Source: Ylistrum balloti (lineage: Eukaryota). Taken from it: DNA of 64,000 nt. Location: contig NW_026782189.1 of the NCBI RefSeq assembly GCF_031769215.1, positions 1 to 64,000 of the forward strand. The letters run 5' to 3'. Position numbers and translations under genes: made by a program. Below the pieces are notes generated by a model. The model was not told the origin of the DNA. It saw nothing but the letters and a program-made list of their open reading frames with translations, and ran no database searches. This document shows, piece by piece, positions 49,630 through 63,103 of this stretch (its first letter is position 1; every line of letters begins with the position of its first letter).

Positions 49630-52600
49630 CTATTCTGTTGGCTTAAGTAGAGATGCTTGGTACTTGTCTCTATCCTCTGGGGACTTAATATAACTGTAAA
49701 CAAAGCAAAGAAAGAGTTCAGACAAAAGACAAAGGCCTACTAACATCCAAGACATGCAAACAGCAGCAAGCATCTTTTTAAGTCCAAATATTTTATTCAT
49801 GCCTCTCATTATCAAGTCTATCACAGCTATATGGCTTGCCAGTGTTTGGGAAACCTAGGGTTCAATTCCTCAAACTGTGTCCTGATACAGTATAGGGCAC
49901 TTGCAGTAGTGCTAATGTACAATGCAATAGAAAGCCTGCAAACACTTATCTGTACACTATGACACATATTAGTAGTATCCTGCATTATTGCACAACTACA
50001 ACATATGTATACACTCGACACACTTCTGCAATTTGTATGGAGATACAAAAACAAATGGAAGACTTATATGACAATGACAGAATGGAGATCATATCAATAG
50101 AGATTTCATCTGGGGCTGGATAGTTATAATCACAACAAAAATGGACTCTACCATTAGTCTGTCTGGCATTGAAACATTGTAAACTTTTGCGAGTAATGTA
50201 CCAGAACTCTTATGATGATTAGACTGTAGATAAACATAGGTGTTCATTATACTTACTAATAATGTGTAAATCGCATTAACTGCACCAACTGTGTTGTTTC
50301 ATTTGTTGCATGACAGGCAAACAGTAGCATGTTTCTTGGCTGTACTTTCCAGGCAAACCTCATAAACAACATGGAATATATACATAGGGCTGAAAAAAAG
50401 TAAAAAACACTTGTCAACATTTAATTACATTTCATACTTTAAATATTTCCCGATAAGAAAATTAATATTTCAATACCAGGATTTGGGATCAGCATCTATC
50501 TTTAAGGTCAATTATATTTTTTGATACTAAATAAGCCCTTAATTTGACCTAATACTAAAAGTAACACATCCATTGTTTCATAACTGATGGTATATTTTAG
50601 GATAAACTCTGCCCTATCATTTAGCTACTAGCCAATAAAAAGTGTATTGTTTCTTATTTTAGCTTTTGGAAATACATTTCAAAGCTCTCGTGAGAAATTA
50701 GAGAGAGAGTGAACAAGACTGAGCCTAGGGTACAAAAGAGGGTGTTGGCCTTTGTACAGATGACCCATATGGACTACACCAATTTTAAAGAACTGTATGG
50801 CCACATCTTCATTATCAATCATATAACACCATCCCATCCCCTCAAACAAGCCTACCTAAATGAAAGCAGCACTGATACATGCTAAATATATCATCAACAG
50901 CATGGAACTGCTTTAAAAGCAAGTTTCTATTTGTGTAAATCAGCTGTTCCTAAGTATATGTGTCAATTGTTTCATTGTGCTGTGCAGAGATGTCAAATAT
51001 CACTGTGCACAGGCTGCCACATGTGTCTGGTATTCTGTGTACAGGTATCATGTACTCTGTGAACTGTGATACATGACAACTCAAGCTTTACAAGAGAACT
51101 TACCTGTAGTCATTTTACCACTGATCATTGTTGGGTCTTTTTTCAGGTCCAGCATAGCAGCTATTGGCAGGCCCCAGTTGGCAACTTAAAATAACATTAT
51201 ATTTTCATTTAAATACCTGACTGATTTGATGAAAAAATTGTTTCCCTCCCACATCCAATTAAAAATCTGTTGTGTGTTTCCCCTCTCATTTAACTATCCA
51301 CTGTAAAGTTTTTGTTATCCTTCTCATTTACCTGTCAGCTATAAAATTGATGTTTCCGCGTTTATTTACTTATCCACCTGTAAGTTTTTACCCCTCTCAT
51401 TTATCTATATAAACCAAAATGTTGCCTCCCCTTATGTGTAGATATTTATCTGTCCACCTTAAATTTGTAATTTTCTCTCACATTTACCTACCCAGTGTAA
51501 AACTGTAGTTTCCACTCTATCATGTACATTATATCCACATGAAAGTTGTTGTTTTCTCTCTCATCTATTCACTATAAAGTTGTTTCTTGTTCCTCCCTCT
51601 TTTACCTACCCACACTCGAACTGTTGTTGTTTCCCCTTTTATTTACAAACAAAGCAAAAACTGTTGTTTGTTTCTATCTCTCATTTACCTACTCACTAAA
51701 AACTGCCCCCCATCCCACCCCCACTCCCCTTCCAACCCCCTACCCCTTCTCTGTTTGACTTTGCCATTTTAAAGTTTATTTGTACTTTTGTTTCCGAACT
51801 TGACTTTTGTATGAGATGAATAGTAGTTTCCTCTTCTTTTATATGATAAAGATTTACAGAAAAACACCTTATTTCTCACTAGGCTTCTTCTATATTATAC
51901 ATACATGATGATTGCATATCTTTCCTTGTTACTTACCAGGCCCCCAAAAATGCTGCAACAAAACAGAAAAAGGTGGTCTGAATTATTTCATGAGGAAATT
52001 AATAACCAATGCAATAAGACATGATATGTACTTAGTCAATCGTGATCACAGTCACAAAACAAGGAATTTATGGATACAGACAGAAGATATACCTCATCAC
52101 TGGGAACATGGTCTATCACAAGTTTCTGATCTTTTTTGAAAATTGCCCAACAAAACAACAACTCAAATTTGGTCATTCGTTTTATGTACAGACACATTAA
52201 AAAGTAAACTCTCAAGAGATCACAGCTATTTGCAAACAATTAATTTACCACAATTGTCCATGACTTACATGCATGCATAGGTTTGAAGAAAAATGTCTGC
52301 TCTCAATCATTTTCTGATTAATAATCATCATTATGGTCACACTGTTATAAAACACACCATTGTACATGTCACCAGCTGGTACATAAAATTTTGATTGAAT
52401 GTTACAAACCCAATGCAGGGGTCACTAAAATTTTAAAACTCTAACTACTAACTGAGATATAAAACAAAGATCTATCATAAATAGAGAGTGAGGACCATTT
52501 CCACTAAAGCAACATTATTAATTTGTATACTTTTTACTTACTGTGCTGTTTGTTTTACATCACCATCATCAAAACAGGATATGAAATAAAAAACAAAAAA

Positions 52601-53356
52601 GATAAGTGGTCAAGAAAGAAATGTTATTTGTAAAATTGACATGTAAATGTCAGTGGATAGCTGACAACACTGGTATATTCAGTATATATATGCAGTGTAC
52701 TACCACCATAAAACTGACAGGCATAGATTATTTACAAATCATATTTACATTCTGTTGGCAGAAAATGATCAATAGTAGTTTCAAAGAGAAAATAAAGCCA
52801 ACTTTTGTCACTGAATTTCACTAGACAGTAAAAATTTAACACTTTAAAAAAGTTAATATTGATAAAGTTGTCAAGGTTACAGTAAAGGTTGTTTTGAATA
52901 ATGGCATTAGTAAGAAGTTTGGTAACAGAATCTAACTATGTGTGGTGTGTGTAGAGTATAAAGAAACCGGGCATTTCATTGACATTACCATAACTTCATG
53001 TTAATATTGCTAGAAATATCAATCATTCGAAAAGAGCTTGATTTTGCTTTTACCAAGTCTGTTTTTCTATTGATACAAAAGGCACATTGCTTGTACGTTG
53101 GATCAACAATGCATTGTTTTAGCCGACAATCGTAATTTTAGAATCAGTTCATAGATACTCAGAAAACAGACACAAAAGAAGACATATAGCTGAGCTTCTA
53201 AGTATTTAATGAAATATTAGCTACTAAAATATCAATAACTCTACTTTCGTTTTACCGAAGATGACCATACTGTACTGAGAAAATGTAAGATCGGACATTA
53301 AAATCTGGAATTCTACATTACCTCATTAAGTATTTGCCCCATGTCATTCCAGCCAT
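49630..53356 (-). CDS. MPC1: Mitochondrial pyruvate carrier 1, 110 aa
   Basis: Six exons 53356-53322, 52545-52542 (4 nt), 51952-51937 (16 nt), 51184-51104, 50389-50257, 49693-49630 give [110 protein letters not shown]. Signature [17 protein letters not shown] and QPRN.LLFACH..NE. Confidence 0.95.
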
Positions 53357-53686
53357 TGTGACAGTTTTAAAGATGTTGAAAAAACAGGGCAAAGTTGTCA
53401 ACGCTGTGGGACGTTTATACAGCTGCAGTATCAGCACGAACGAGAAACTGGTCCGAAAATGACCTCTGCAAACGCGAGCCAGATACAGACTAAATAATCT
53501 CCAATCCAAAATGATAATATTTACAAATTCTCTTAGTTTAAAAATATTTCACATCAACAATATCTTATTCAACAGTAAAAGTACTAGTGACAAGTTTTTT
53601 TGTTAAACATCAAATACTGAAATAAAATATTTACTGTATCAAAATTAATTACCACCGCTTGAAGGCTAATGTACTAACGAAGAAAG
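53357..53686. promoter_or_regulatory. Bidirectional promoter shared by MPC1 and CSTF2
   Basis: Divergent ATGs 330 bp apart (53356 minus, 53687 plus). A YY1-like AAGATGGCG overlaps the CSTF2 start. Confidence 0.6.
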
Positions 53687-56600
53687 ATGGCGACACAACT
53701 GATGCCAAATCCTCCACTTACTGCTGCAGAAAGGGCCTGCCGATCAGTATTTGGTATTTAAGATTTCGTTACTTTCACCTTTTCAAATTATTGATTTTTT
53801 TATTTTTAATTTGATTGACATGAAATTGTGTCCATTATTGTTTTACATCGTATTAACTAACGAATAACATCCCCATAATTTCATAAAACCGGTCAGAGGT
53901 GCACGTGCCGACGAAAGATACTTCGGGGTATTAAGATGCAATGCATACCAGATGATGATAATATACCTTATGTACTGGTATAGATGTTTCCATTTTATGA
54001 TTGCAAATTGCTGTGATATATTAATCACGGATTTTATACTACGTAAAATACAACACAAGGGCAGTAACTCTAACAGTATTCATTTTTTAATAAGAAATTC
54101 CATCTAAAAATCCTGAAGAACTTTGCTTAGTATGGTTGATTAAATAGTACTGTTCGGAGCCTGTCTCTGTAACGTCGTCGTCATCAATACAGTTGATTTC
54201 ATACTGCACCAACAAAACTCATACAAAGGATTTTTTTATGGAATACCATATTGTGTTTTATCTTGGCAGTTGGAAACATTCCATATGAAGCTACAGAAGA
54301 ACAGCTACGAGATATATTCACACAGGCTGGACCTGTAGTAAGCTTCAGGTATGATAAATTAAGATTTGAATTATTTGATAGATCCATCAAAATGAAGACT
54401 ATATTTTCATACCAAAGATATATATACATGTATGACATATAGCAGGACAATTATTTATGGTCTACTTGCCCTGATCAAGTGCTGTGGGGAAAAAAAGTTT
54501 GATTACATTAAGAAGGGGCAAAAATGGCTAAGTTAGCAGAGCACAAATCAGATTTGAACTTCATAACTGCAGGTAAAGATACCTGGATTGCTTTCACCCA
54601 AGCAGTTAAAATGGTCGGGACAGTGCTAGCTTACTAGAGAAACATTGAGAAGACATCAGAACAAATGTTGGACTGTGAAATATTCAGTACATGCAGTTTA
54701 AGAAGTCCAGACAAACACTTCCAAAACTAAATGGCTTAATATTATAAGTTCTGTATGAAAATGCTGCTGGTATATTTACAGCAATAATAATATATTCAGT
54801 ACAAGTTAAAATTGAACATATCTTCTTATTGGTGCAATAATTTGTTTGATAGGAAATTCCTAAAAAAAATGCATTTTAGTTTTACACGAAGATGTGTTCA
54901 TTTAGCATGAAATAATTCTGTACCACCTGAACTGATTCAAATGGGTTATACAAAAGCAGCCCAGGTTTGTGGTTCAATACCAAACCTGGGCTATTTGTTG
55001 TCTCAAGAAGCTGAGATCACAAACTGTTTTGTGCTGTGGCAGTGTGTCCTTGGACAAGACACATCATTCCAGTTGTTCTTGGTAGCATGTGGTGGGCTTC
55101 CAACATGCTGTTACTGAGGTAGCCACCAGTTTTACTAAGTGATTCCACCAGGAGCTTTAACTGCTCATGGGGCCATAAACCATACAAATAAGTGGAAAGA
55201 GTTTAAAGCATGATATTTATGAAATATTCTAATGACATCAAGTTTGACAACAAGGTTGCATGATGTTCTATTGTAATCATCTGGTTATATTTAATTTCTA
55301 CAAAGTTTTAGCAGTTTGAAAATCAAAGATACACCAAATCAACAACAATCTACTAGGTATATATGGTTCATTGAGGTTTGAATGAAGTGAATGGAAAGTG
55401 ACTACAAATCTGATTGGGATTGATACCAAAACTTCAATACTTACTTCTATTTGATCATGTTGTGTGTTTTCATGAAGTTGGTCAAATTAATGTGTCTTTC
55501 AAAAGTGGAAAAAAAGGTGATGATTAGTATCATGCACTTAACAAACTTATAGGCAATGTCAGTTGAGGTATATTAGCTATGAACTCATCATACAGAAAAT
55601 AAGACTTTGCTATTTTGGTATTTCAGACTTGTATACGACAGAGAAACAGGGAAGCCCAAAGGTTATGGATTTTGTGAGTACCAAGATGTTGAAACTGCGC
55701 AGAGTGCCATGCGCAACCTTAACAACTATGACTTCAATGGTCGACCACTACGTGTGGGTGTGGCTGCAGGGGAGCAGAACAGAGATGAAATGAAGGGCAT
55801 GCAACAGGCCATGGGGGGCCCCCTGCTAGAGGTAACACTTTTATTTTGATACATAAATTGTGACCAAGTGTCCATGACAAGGGTATAAGATACCATCACT
55901 TTATTTTGTGTTTTTCCTGCAAAGACCCAACTATAGTCAATTTTATAGTAATCTTTATAGAGTTGTCGAAAATTATTTATGTAAGTGGTGATTCATACCA
56001 GGTACACTTCTCTGACTTCTATAAAAATTGATGTTACTAATAAAGATACCTACAAACAAACAAAACAGGGAATTATTTGTTGAGAAAATTAACAGGTGGC
56101 ATTATGTAAGCCTTTTTAATCATAATTATTTCACCTGTGTTGACAGAGTCCATTTGGAGACCCAACAGAGCCAGAAAAAGCCCCAGAAGCTATTTCCAAG
56201 GCTGTAGCCAGTTTACCACCAGAACAGATGTTTGAGCTGATGAAACAGATGAAGGTATCAAGAATGCTTATTCTAAATTTGCCCTTGATGTTCATGTGAA
56301 TTAGTTTTTAAAAAGACACCTTACTTTACATGTCTAATAATTACAATCAGAACTTCTCTGGAGGATATTGGAGATAAACATGCTGTGACACCTGTTGTTT
56401 ACTTTTGTAGAGGATGTTGGAAAGATAAATTGAATAACATGAAATTTTGATCTGTTGCAGATGTGTATCCAAAACAACCCAACAGAGGCTAGAAATCTAC
56501 TTTTACAAAACCCTCAGTTGGCCTATGCTCTCCTACAGGCACAGATTGTAATGAAAATTGTTGATCCCCAGGTTGCCATGGTAATGATACATTTGTTCAC

Positions 56601-59600
56601 CCAGTCTAATTTGCCAAGGTTATTCCAGAAAATGATCTACTTTTTTACTTCAGAACTCCAAAATAAATCACTTTTGATACTATTCATGATCTTGCTTTCT
56701 GCCGAAACTAAGTAAATTATCAATTTAAATAAAATGATATGGGTGGCATCCATATACAAATCTTGATGTACTGGTGTGGAATAGATGTTTTACTGAAATA
56801 GCCCTTACTTACTAGCTTTTTTTCTATCTGGTGCTATGGTCAGATTTGTTATCTGGATCTACACATATCTCTACAACAAATCATGTATATCCTGATGTTA
56901 TTGCACAGAGACTGTCTTGAATTACTTTTGCTGTCGTTCATCATCTGTCATTGTGTGCCGTTTGCCAGTTGCCATCTGTAAAATTTTCGTTTAAAACACT
57001 ACTCCTGTTTAACACCTCGGTAGATTTCAACCAAATTTGGTCTGAAGCAGCAGTGGGGATGTGGGATCATTTCTTAAATTCAGAAATTTTATTAGATCTC
57101 AAGGGACTTGGGGGCGGGACCCTGAAAGGGGAAATTAGAAAATATTTTGCTTCAGAATGCTACTTCTTCTTATTGCAAGGGTAGATTTAAACCAAATTTG
57201 GTGTGATACAATAGTGCAGATGGGTTATCATTTTTTAAATTCAGAAAGTTGATTCAACGCTTAGGGACTTGGGGGCAAAGCCCCAAATGGGAAAGTTAGT
57301 CAATATTTTGCTTCAAAATACTACTCTTACTTAATCTTTGAATGGATTTCAACCGGATTTGGTCTGAAACATCATTGAGAGTTGGGAATCATTTCTTAAA
57401 TTCAGAAAGTTGATTTGACCCCAAGGGACCAAATGGGAAAGTTATTCAATAATTTTCTTCAAAACGCTACTCTTCCTTAAGGCATGATGTGGTACAAAAC
57501 GTCATTGTGACTGGAGAATCATTTCTTAAATTCAGAAAGTTGATTCGATTCCTAGGGACTTCAGGGCAGCACTCCAAAAGAGGAAGTTGAACAATATTTT
57601 GCTTCAAAATGCTATTCCTTCTTAATGCTTTAGAAGATTTCAACCAAATTTGACCTGAAACATTATCAAGGAGTGGCAATGATATCAAATATGCATGAAG
57701 TGACCCTGAGGTTTTTCTGACCAAATCTTATTTTTATAATCTTCTAGAGCAAATAGGTTGAACTTTTTCTCATGTTTCATTCACACCAATTAGAAAAATA
57801 TTTGGAGTTTGATTTTTTTGTAAATAAAAGAAAGAGGTAATTTGTTATTATTTTTCATTCTTATTAAATCTTCAACATGGTAACCACTGTAGTTATTTTG
57901 TAACATGATTGTGCAAATATTTTTTATGAACAGAACCTACGATTTATGAGTTTTTGATACTTTGTATGTTCAAAATTTGAATTCATCAGATTTGACAGAC
58001 CACCATCAGTGAATTCTTTGGTTTGTCCATCCATTTATCGATTTTCAGATGACTGTTAAGGGCCATGGCCCTCTTGTGTAGAATGTTTTATTCCTTATAT
58101 ATGTTTTGCTTGAATTTGATCATTTCTTTATATATTTATTTTTAGATATTTCTTGTTCATTGTTAAAAAGTCACAAATATCAATTTCATTGCATTTTTGT
58201 CTTTTGTTATCACAGGCTATGTTACACAGAGACACTAACCAGATTCCACCATCGAGTGTACCTTCTTCACAGCCTGTTAGCTTACCACCTCAGCTTAGAA
58301 TGCCCAACACAGTTAGTATATTACTGCTAATGTATCAGAACTGTGACACTAGCTGTGGACTCTTCAGTACACTGTCATGGGCAGCCTGATAATTGGATAC
58401 TGTCCTTACTAGTGATGACTATCAAAAAAATAAACTTAACTTTTGCTATAATTTTGAAGAAAGTTATTCCAACAAATTGACTCTCATTGTCTTGGATAGA
58501 AGTGTAGAGGGGTCTTGTTATTTGAGAGGAAACAGTAGCTTCCAGGGGAAAACCATGTGACCTGGCAGCTACCTATAGCAGTGTACTGATAGTATACTGC
58601 TGCTATGTCACCAGTTGAAGGCCCTAATGACCTTTTATGTGTTGACGGCAGTTAAGAATGAAATAATAATAATAACTGTTATGATATTCACTCAGTTTTT
58701 AGACTTTGGACATAGACTATCTGTACGCTGTCATGAACAGGTCAGTTACAATATACTGATAGCAGACTGCTGTTGATTTTGTACTGATAGGGTACTCCAA
58801 GGGAAGATACAGTTTACTGTCAGTACACTCTCATGGACAGTATACCATCAGTACACTGTTATCTGCAGTATATCAGTATACTGTCAGTACAATGTCACTG
58901 TTATTACATACCAAACAGTATATGAGGATTGAGACATAAGTCATTGTCTGTAAACTAGGAGTATTACTGTCAATTCAGAATGAATCAGTATGCTTTCAGT
59001 GTAGTTGGTTGTTCTTACATTGTCTGTACTGACACCTCATATATGGTCATATATCATCACTGTCAATGCATATAGCACTTAGGCTGCAAAGCCTATTGTA
59101 TCTGAAGAAAGTCTAGTTATAGTTTCTGTTACATCAGGGATATTCAGAGATAGTTTATAGTCCATGGCTATGTTGCCGACATCTGATTAATTTTTATCAT
59201 TTCAGTCGGTGCCCCAGGGACCACCAAACTCCATGGGAGGACCAATGGGCATCAACATGGCTTCAGGTAGGTCTTTCTTCCTAGATGGAAGTAAAAGTAC
59301 ACACATACCTGATGTATGTACTATTAAATTACACTATTGGTTGTATAAGGTTTTATAAGTATGTATTTGTCTTAATTTTCTGTCCATCCTTTTGTGCATC
59401 TACATGTATGGGGTAAGAAAGCACTTTATAGTGACATTATCACCAATAGTTATTTTTTCCTGGTCCTCTCTTGACCTATATTAACAATAGCCCACCACCC
59501 ATATTTACTCTTTTAAAGTGTCTTCTTTCCTGTACACGCACACATATTACATACACCCATCCCCTTCATATGCAAATGCCATCAATTTCACTCTCATACA

Positions 59601-62435
59601 GCAATGTGTCATCAAACAAGGTTGTCAAATGTATGTGGGTTCGATTCAACAAATGTTAAGGTCACTTACTGAAGATAAAATTTCACAGTAATCGCTAGCA
59701 TCAGTATTTATTTAGATTTAGTCGAAAATTTCTCATTTGATGCCATCTTCAATAATGTTTAATATTGGAGAGTTTTACACTTGAGCTTTTAATTGGTGTC
59801 CTTTGAATGAAATGAATTTTGTATTTTCATTTAAGGTCCACATGGACCAGGCGGTCCAGGCCCTCATGGTCCTGGAGGCCCCAGCTCCCATGGCCCAGGG
59901 GGACCAGGTCCACATGGTCCAGGAGGTCCAGGTCCACATCCAGGGGGTCCACATGGGCCAGGAGGCCCTGGACCACGTGGCCCTGGGGTCCCTGGCACTC
60001 GTGGTCCTGGAGGCCCAGGTCCTCATGGCCCAGGAGGGCCAGGACCAGGGGGACCAAGAATGGGTGGGCCAGAAATGATGGGCAGACAACAGGGACCTTT
60101 GATGGGTAAGTGTGAAGCTTAGTACTTTTTAATTGAAGGTCTTTTTCATGGACATGTTTTATCTATTTACATCATTTTGTCACTTAATGTTAGATATTTT
60201 AAAAAGTGCTGTGTAGCTGATCAGAAATTATTAGTTATAGATCATATAATAAAAACAAAGTCAAAGGTATTGTCTTAATGAAAAATCTGCAGTCTACCTT
60301 ACTGCATCAAACTTACATAAGTACTACATGGTGACATTGTGTAAATGTGAAGAACCAAGAACCTATCTTAGCCAGAAGTTGATCATTTGATTACATATAG
60401 AAGATGCCTCTCATATCATACAGGTCCAGGTGGTCCTCAGCCCAACATCGGAGGGCCTCAGTCTAACATGGGAGGACCTCCAATGCGGGCAGACATGGGA
60501 GGTCCTCCTCAGTCTCGTGCTGAACAGAGAGACCCCAGGATGGGAGATGGGCGTGGTATGCCTCAAAGATCTGTTCCCCAGGGAGGAGCCCCAGCTGGTA
60601 TTCCTGGACTGCCAAATCTTTCATTGGTAAATGACACAGTCATTGTGGTCAAATATTGTACACAAACATTAGGCAAAATAGAGTGATTTTATCAACATCA
60701 CACTCATCATTGGATATGTAGGATGTATATCGCTGTTGGCCCAGGAGCAGATACTGTAGTACATTGAACTTCACTTACAAATTCCTATCAGTCCACAACA
60801 GAAGAATGAGTCCTTTTGTAAAAAGTATTTGATTTAGAATTCATAGGAAGAGTCATGCCATCACTCAAAATGAACCCTATAAGGAATGAAAACATCAACA
60901 AGGAAAAGTGTACCCCCTTAGGGAGAAGTGGGGTGGGGGGAGGCAGGAGGGGGGCAAAGGTGAACTGTCAAAATTTGACAGAGTTTGGTTTTGTTTTTGG
61001 ACAAGTTCTTATTGATTAATGCGTAGTATCAGTGAGGAAAATTGTATTTATTGTGGTGCATTAGAAATTATAAAAAACTTAGATTTGATATTTTCTTTAA
61101 CCGGACAGGTTGCTTAATAGTAAAATGTTATAATCTATAAACATGGTTTTACACAGCAAAACCTAGTCTCTCATATTTTTTCTTAGGTCTTTCATTATTC
61201 TTTTGTTAAGCTATAATTTACTGTACGTGTTTATGAAGCAATGGATGTTCGACTTTATAATTAATACCAGTTTGTGATTTCTGGTTTAACTTCACTCCTT
61301 AACAGGGTGGCCTACAGTTACCAGGAGGTATGCCAAATATGTCCGCAGGAGCCTCAATCTCAGCACAAGATCAAGAAAAGGTAAATCTAAGCCATTTTTT
61401 TAATGTTTCCTCTCTCCCAATCAAGACATTATAGATTCATACTAAATCTACAGAGAGTAGAAGAGGACCCGGAATCAAGCGCTTGGGGAATAAATTGCCC
61501 TTAACACTGAAATAAATGATAGATTTACCAAACATCATAGCAGTATATAATGTAAACGTATATTCAGGATAAACAGCTCCTTAGGTAAATTGTCATGCAT
61601 TAGTAACAGCTATGAAGTTATTAAAATCATTATTTAAGAGTCATGTTATAATATTTGCAGTGATTCATTTGATGATTTTGCTACATTTGCAAAATTCCAT
61701 GAAAGATATTGGTTCACATTAATGTATTCTGCTCCAAAAAATAAACCTCTACAAATAAAATCTGTTGTTTTGAAACAAATTTATCGCTATGTCAATGTTG
61801 TGAAAGGCTATATAGTTGATTAAAGAAATAACTATGTAAGTAAGGAAGTGCCAGGTATTAGAATGTCAATTGTACAAGATTTCAAAGGTTGACAAACATG
61901 ACACAAATTTGCTGACAAAAACTGTGTAAAATCAAATATGAAAGTTTTTGATGACCTCTTACATTGAGAATTAATAGGAACTTATTAGGCAACAAAAGGA
62001 GTCACAGTTTAACCTGAAAAGAAACCGTGATATTGAATCATTGTCATTATGGCATCAGTAATACAAAGATGGTTTCTCGTTAACATGTCATTATGGTTAA
62101 CAATTAAACAAAAATCTCCATCCCTGCATAACTTAAGCATGATATGATCATTAATCTTCTGCCCATACAGACTGTGTTTCATCTGGTTACATTTCAATAC
62201 TTTAATACTAGGTTTATTTGTCATTTTTGTCCTACAGTGGCTTTGAATAGATGTTACACATGTTAGTCAGAGAGATATATGCGTGTATGTAATGTTGAGT
62301 TATGTTGTGTTTCAGGCTGCTTTGATCATGCAAGTGTTACAGCTAACAGACCAACAGATAGCCATGTTACCCCCAGACCAGCGCCAGAGTATTCTCATCC
62401 TAAAGGACCAGATAGCCAAGAGTGCAAACCCGTAG
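53687..62435 (+). CDS. CSTF2: Cleavage stimulation factor 64-kDa subunit (RRM, hinge, Gly/Pro-rich region, C-terminal domain)
   Basis: 11 phase-consistent exons: 53687-53753, 54270-54348, 55627-55831, 56147-56254, 56461-56580, 58216-58311, 59206-59266, 59836-60105, 60424-60626, 61306-61380, 62316-62435. [34 protein letters not shown], hinge [25 protein letters not shown]-terminal [34 protein letters not shown]. Confidence 0.96.
54950..55190 (+). mobile_element. tRNA-derived SINE in CSTF2 intron 2
   Basis: B-box-like GGTTCAATACC inside a CCCAGGTTT/AAACCTGGG stem; central GTGTCCTTGGACAAGACAC core motif; A-rich tail AAACCATACAAATAA. Confidence 0.55.
56900..57725 (+). mobile_element. HINE-like element with about 4 internal ~160-bp tandem core repeats
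   Basis: GATTT.AACC.AATTTGGT.TGA recurs near 57023, 57185, 57346 and 57638; ATCATTTCTTAAATTCAGAAA recurs in each unit. Confidence 0.55.
58480..58678 (+). mobile_element. Degenerate SINE-like repeat
   Basis: Ends in GCCCTAATGACC...GTTGACGGCAGTTAAG followed by an (AAT)n tail; internal palindrome TAGCAGTGTACTGATAGTATACTGCTGCTA. Confidence 0.3.
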
Positions 62436-63103
62436 ATACTGTCATTATTTTCTTACACTGACCATTTGGTGTTTAAAGCAGGCATGGTGCACTATTAGGT
62501 AGACAAGCTATGAACTCTCTGAAATTTAGAGTATAGCATGAAATATCATTATTGTGCATTCCAAACTGAAGTACGTTACTTTTATATGAAATAGAACTGA
62601 ATAGCTGTTTGCTCAAAGTAATCAGAGTCCAGCAGTATGAATAATGTACTCGTGTTTAGGAGTATGTATGTCACCTGGCATGGTAATAATGCTGTTAATG
62701 TTTGATCTCTTGAAAATCTTGGATTTTTACAATTCATTAAATGTCTAAAATTATCATAATATTTGGAAGCATAAGTGACAGAAGCACTTGAGGAAATTAG
62801 TGCATTGATGTTTTTATCATTCATTTTTAGAATTGGTTTTGAAAAATGAACACAAATAGTTATCAAATGTAAACAGTATTTTGAAGAGACTTTGATATTT
62901 TCAGAATCCGCCATCTTACCAATGTGTGCCATGCAATTCATATCTTTCATGTTGTTATACTGTTACATATTGGTGTCAGAATTTCATATAAAAAATTGGT
63001 CAATTTTGATATGTGTATGATTTGTTTATTTTGGCATCCAAGTCATGACACGATAAAGATATCCTGGTTACAGTACATAATTGGTATGATAGCATTATTA
63101 GCT

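Noticed and set aside
53357-53509. N-terminal extension of MPC1 from the 53509 start
   Set aside because: It begins at TTG, has no similarity to MPC, and overlaps the shared promoter. ATG 53356 is preferred.
59775-60109. Four overlapping ORFs (59775-60089, 59803-60078, 59819-60109, 59827-60057)
   Set aside because: Shadow frames of the Gly-Pro repeat exon of CSTF2. The real frame is fixed by splice phase.
60598-60603. Alternative donor GCTG|GTATTC in CSTF2 exon 9
   Set aside because: It is phase 1, incompatible with the phase-0 next exon. The donor after 60626 fits.
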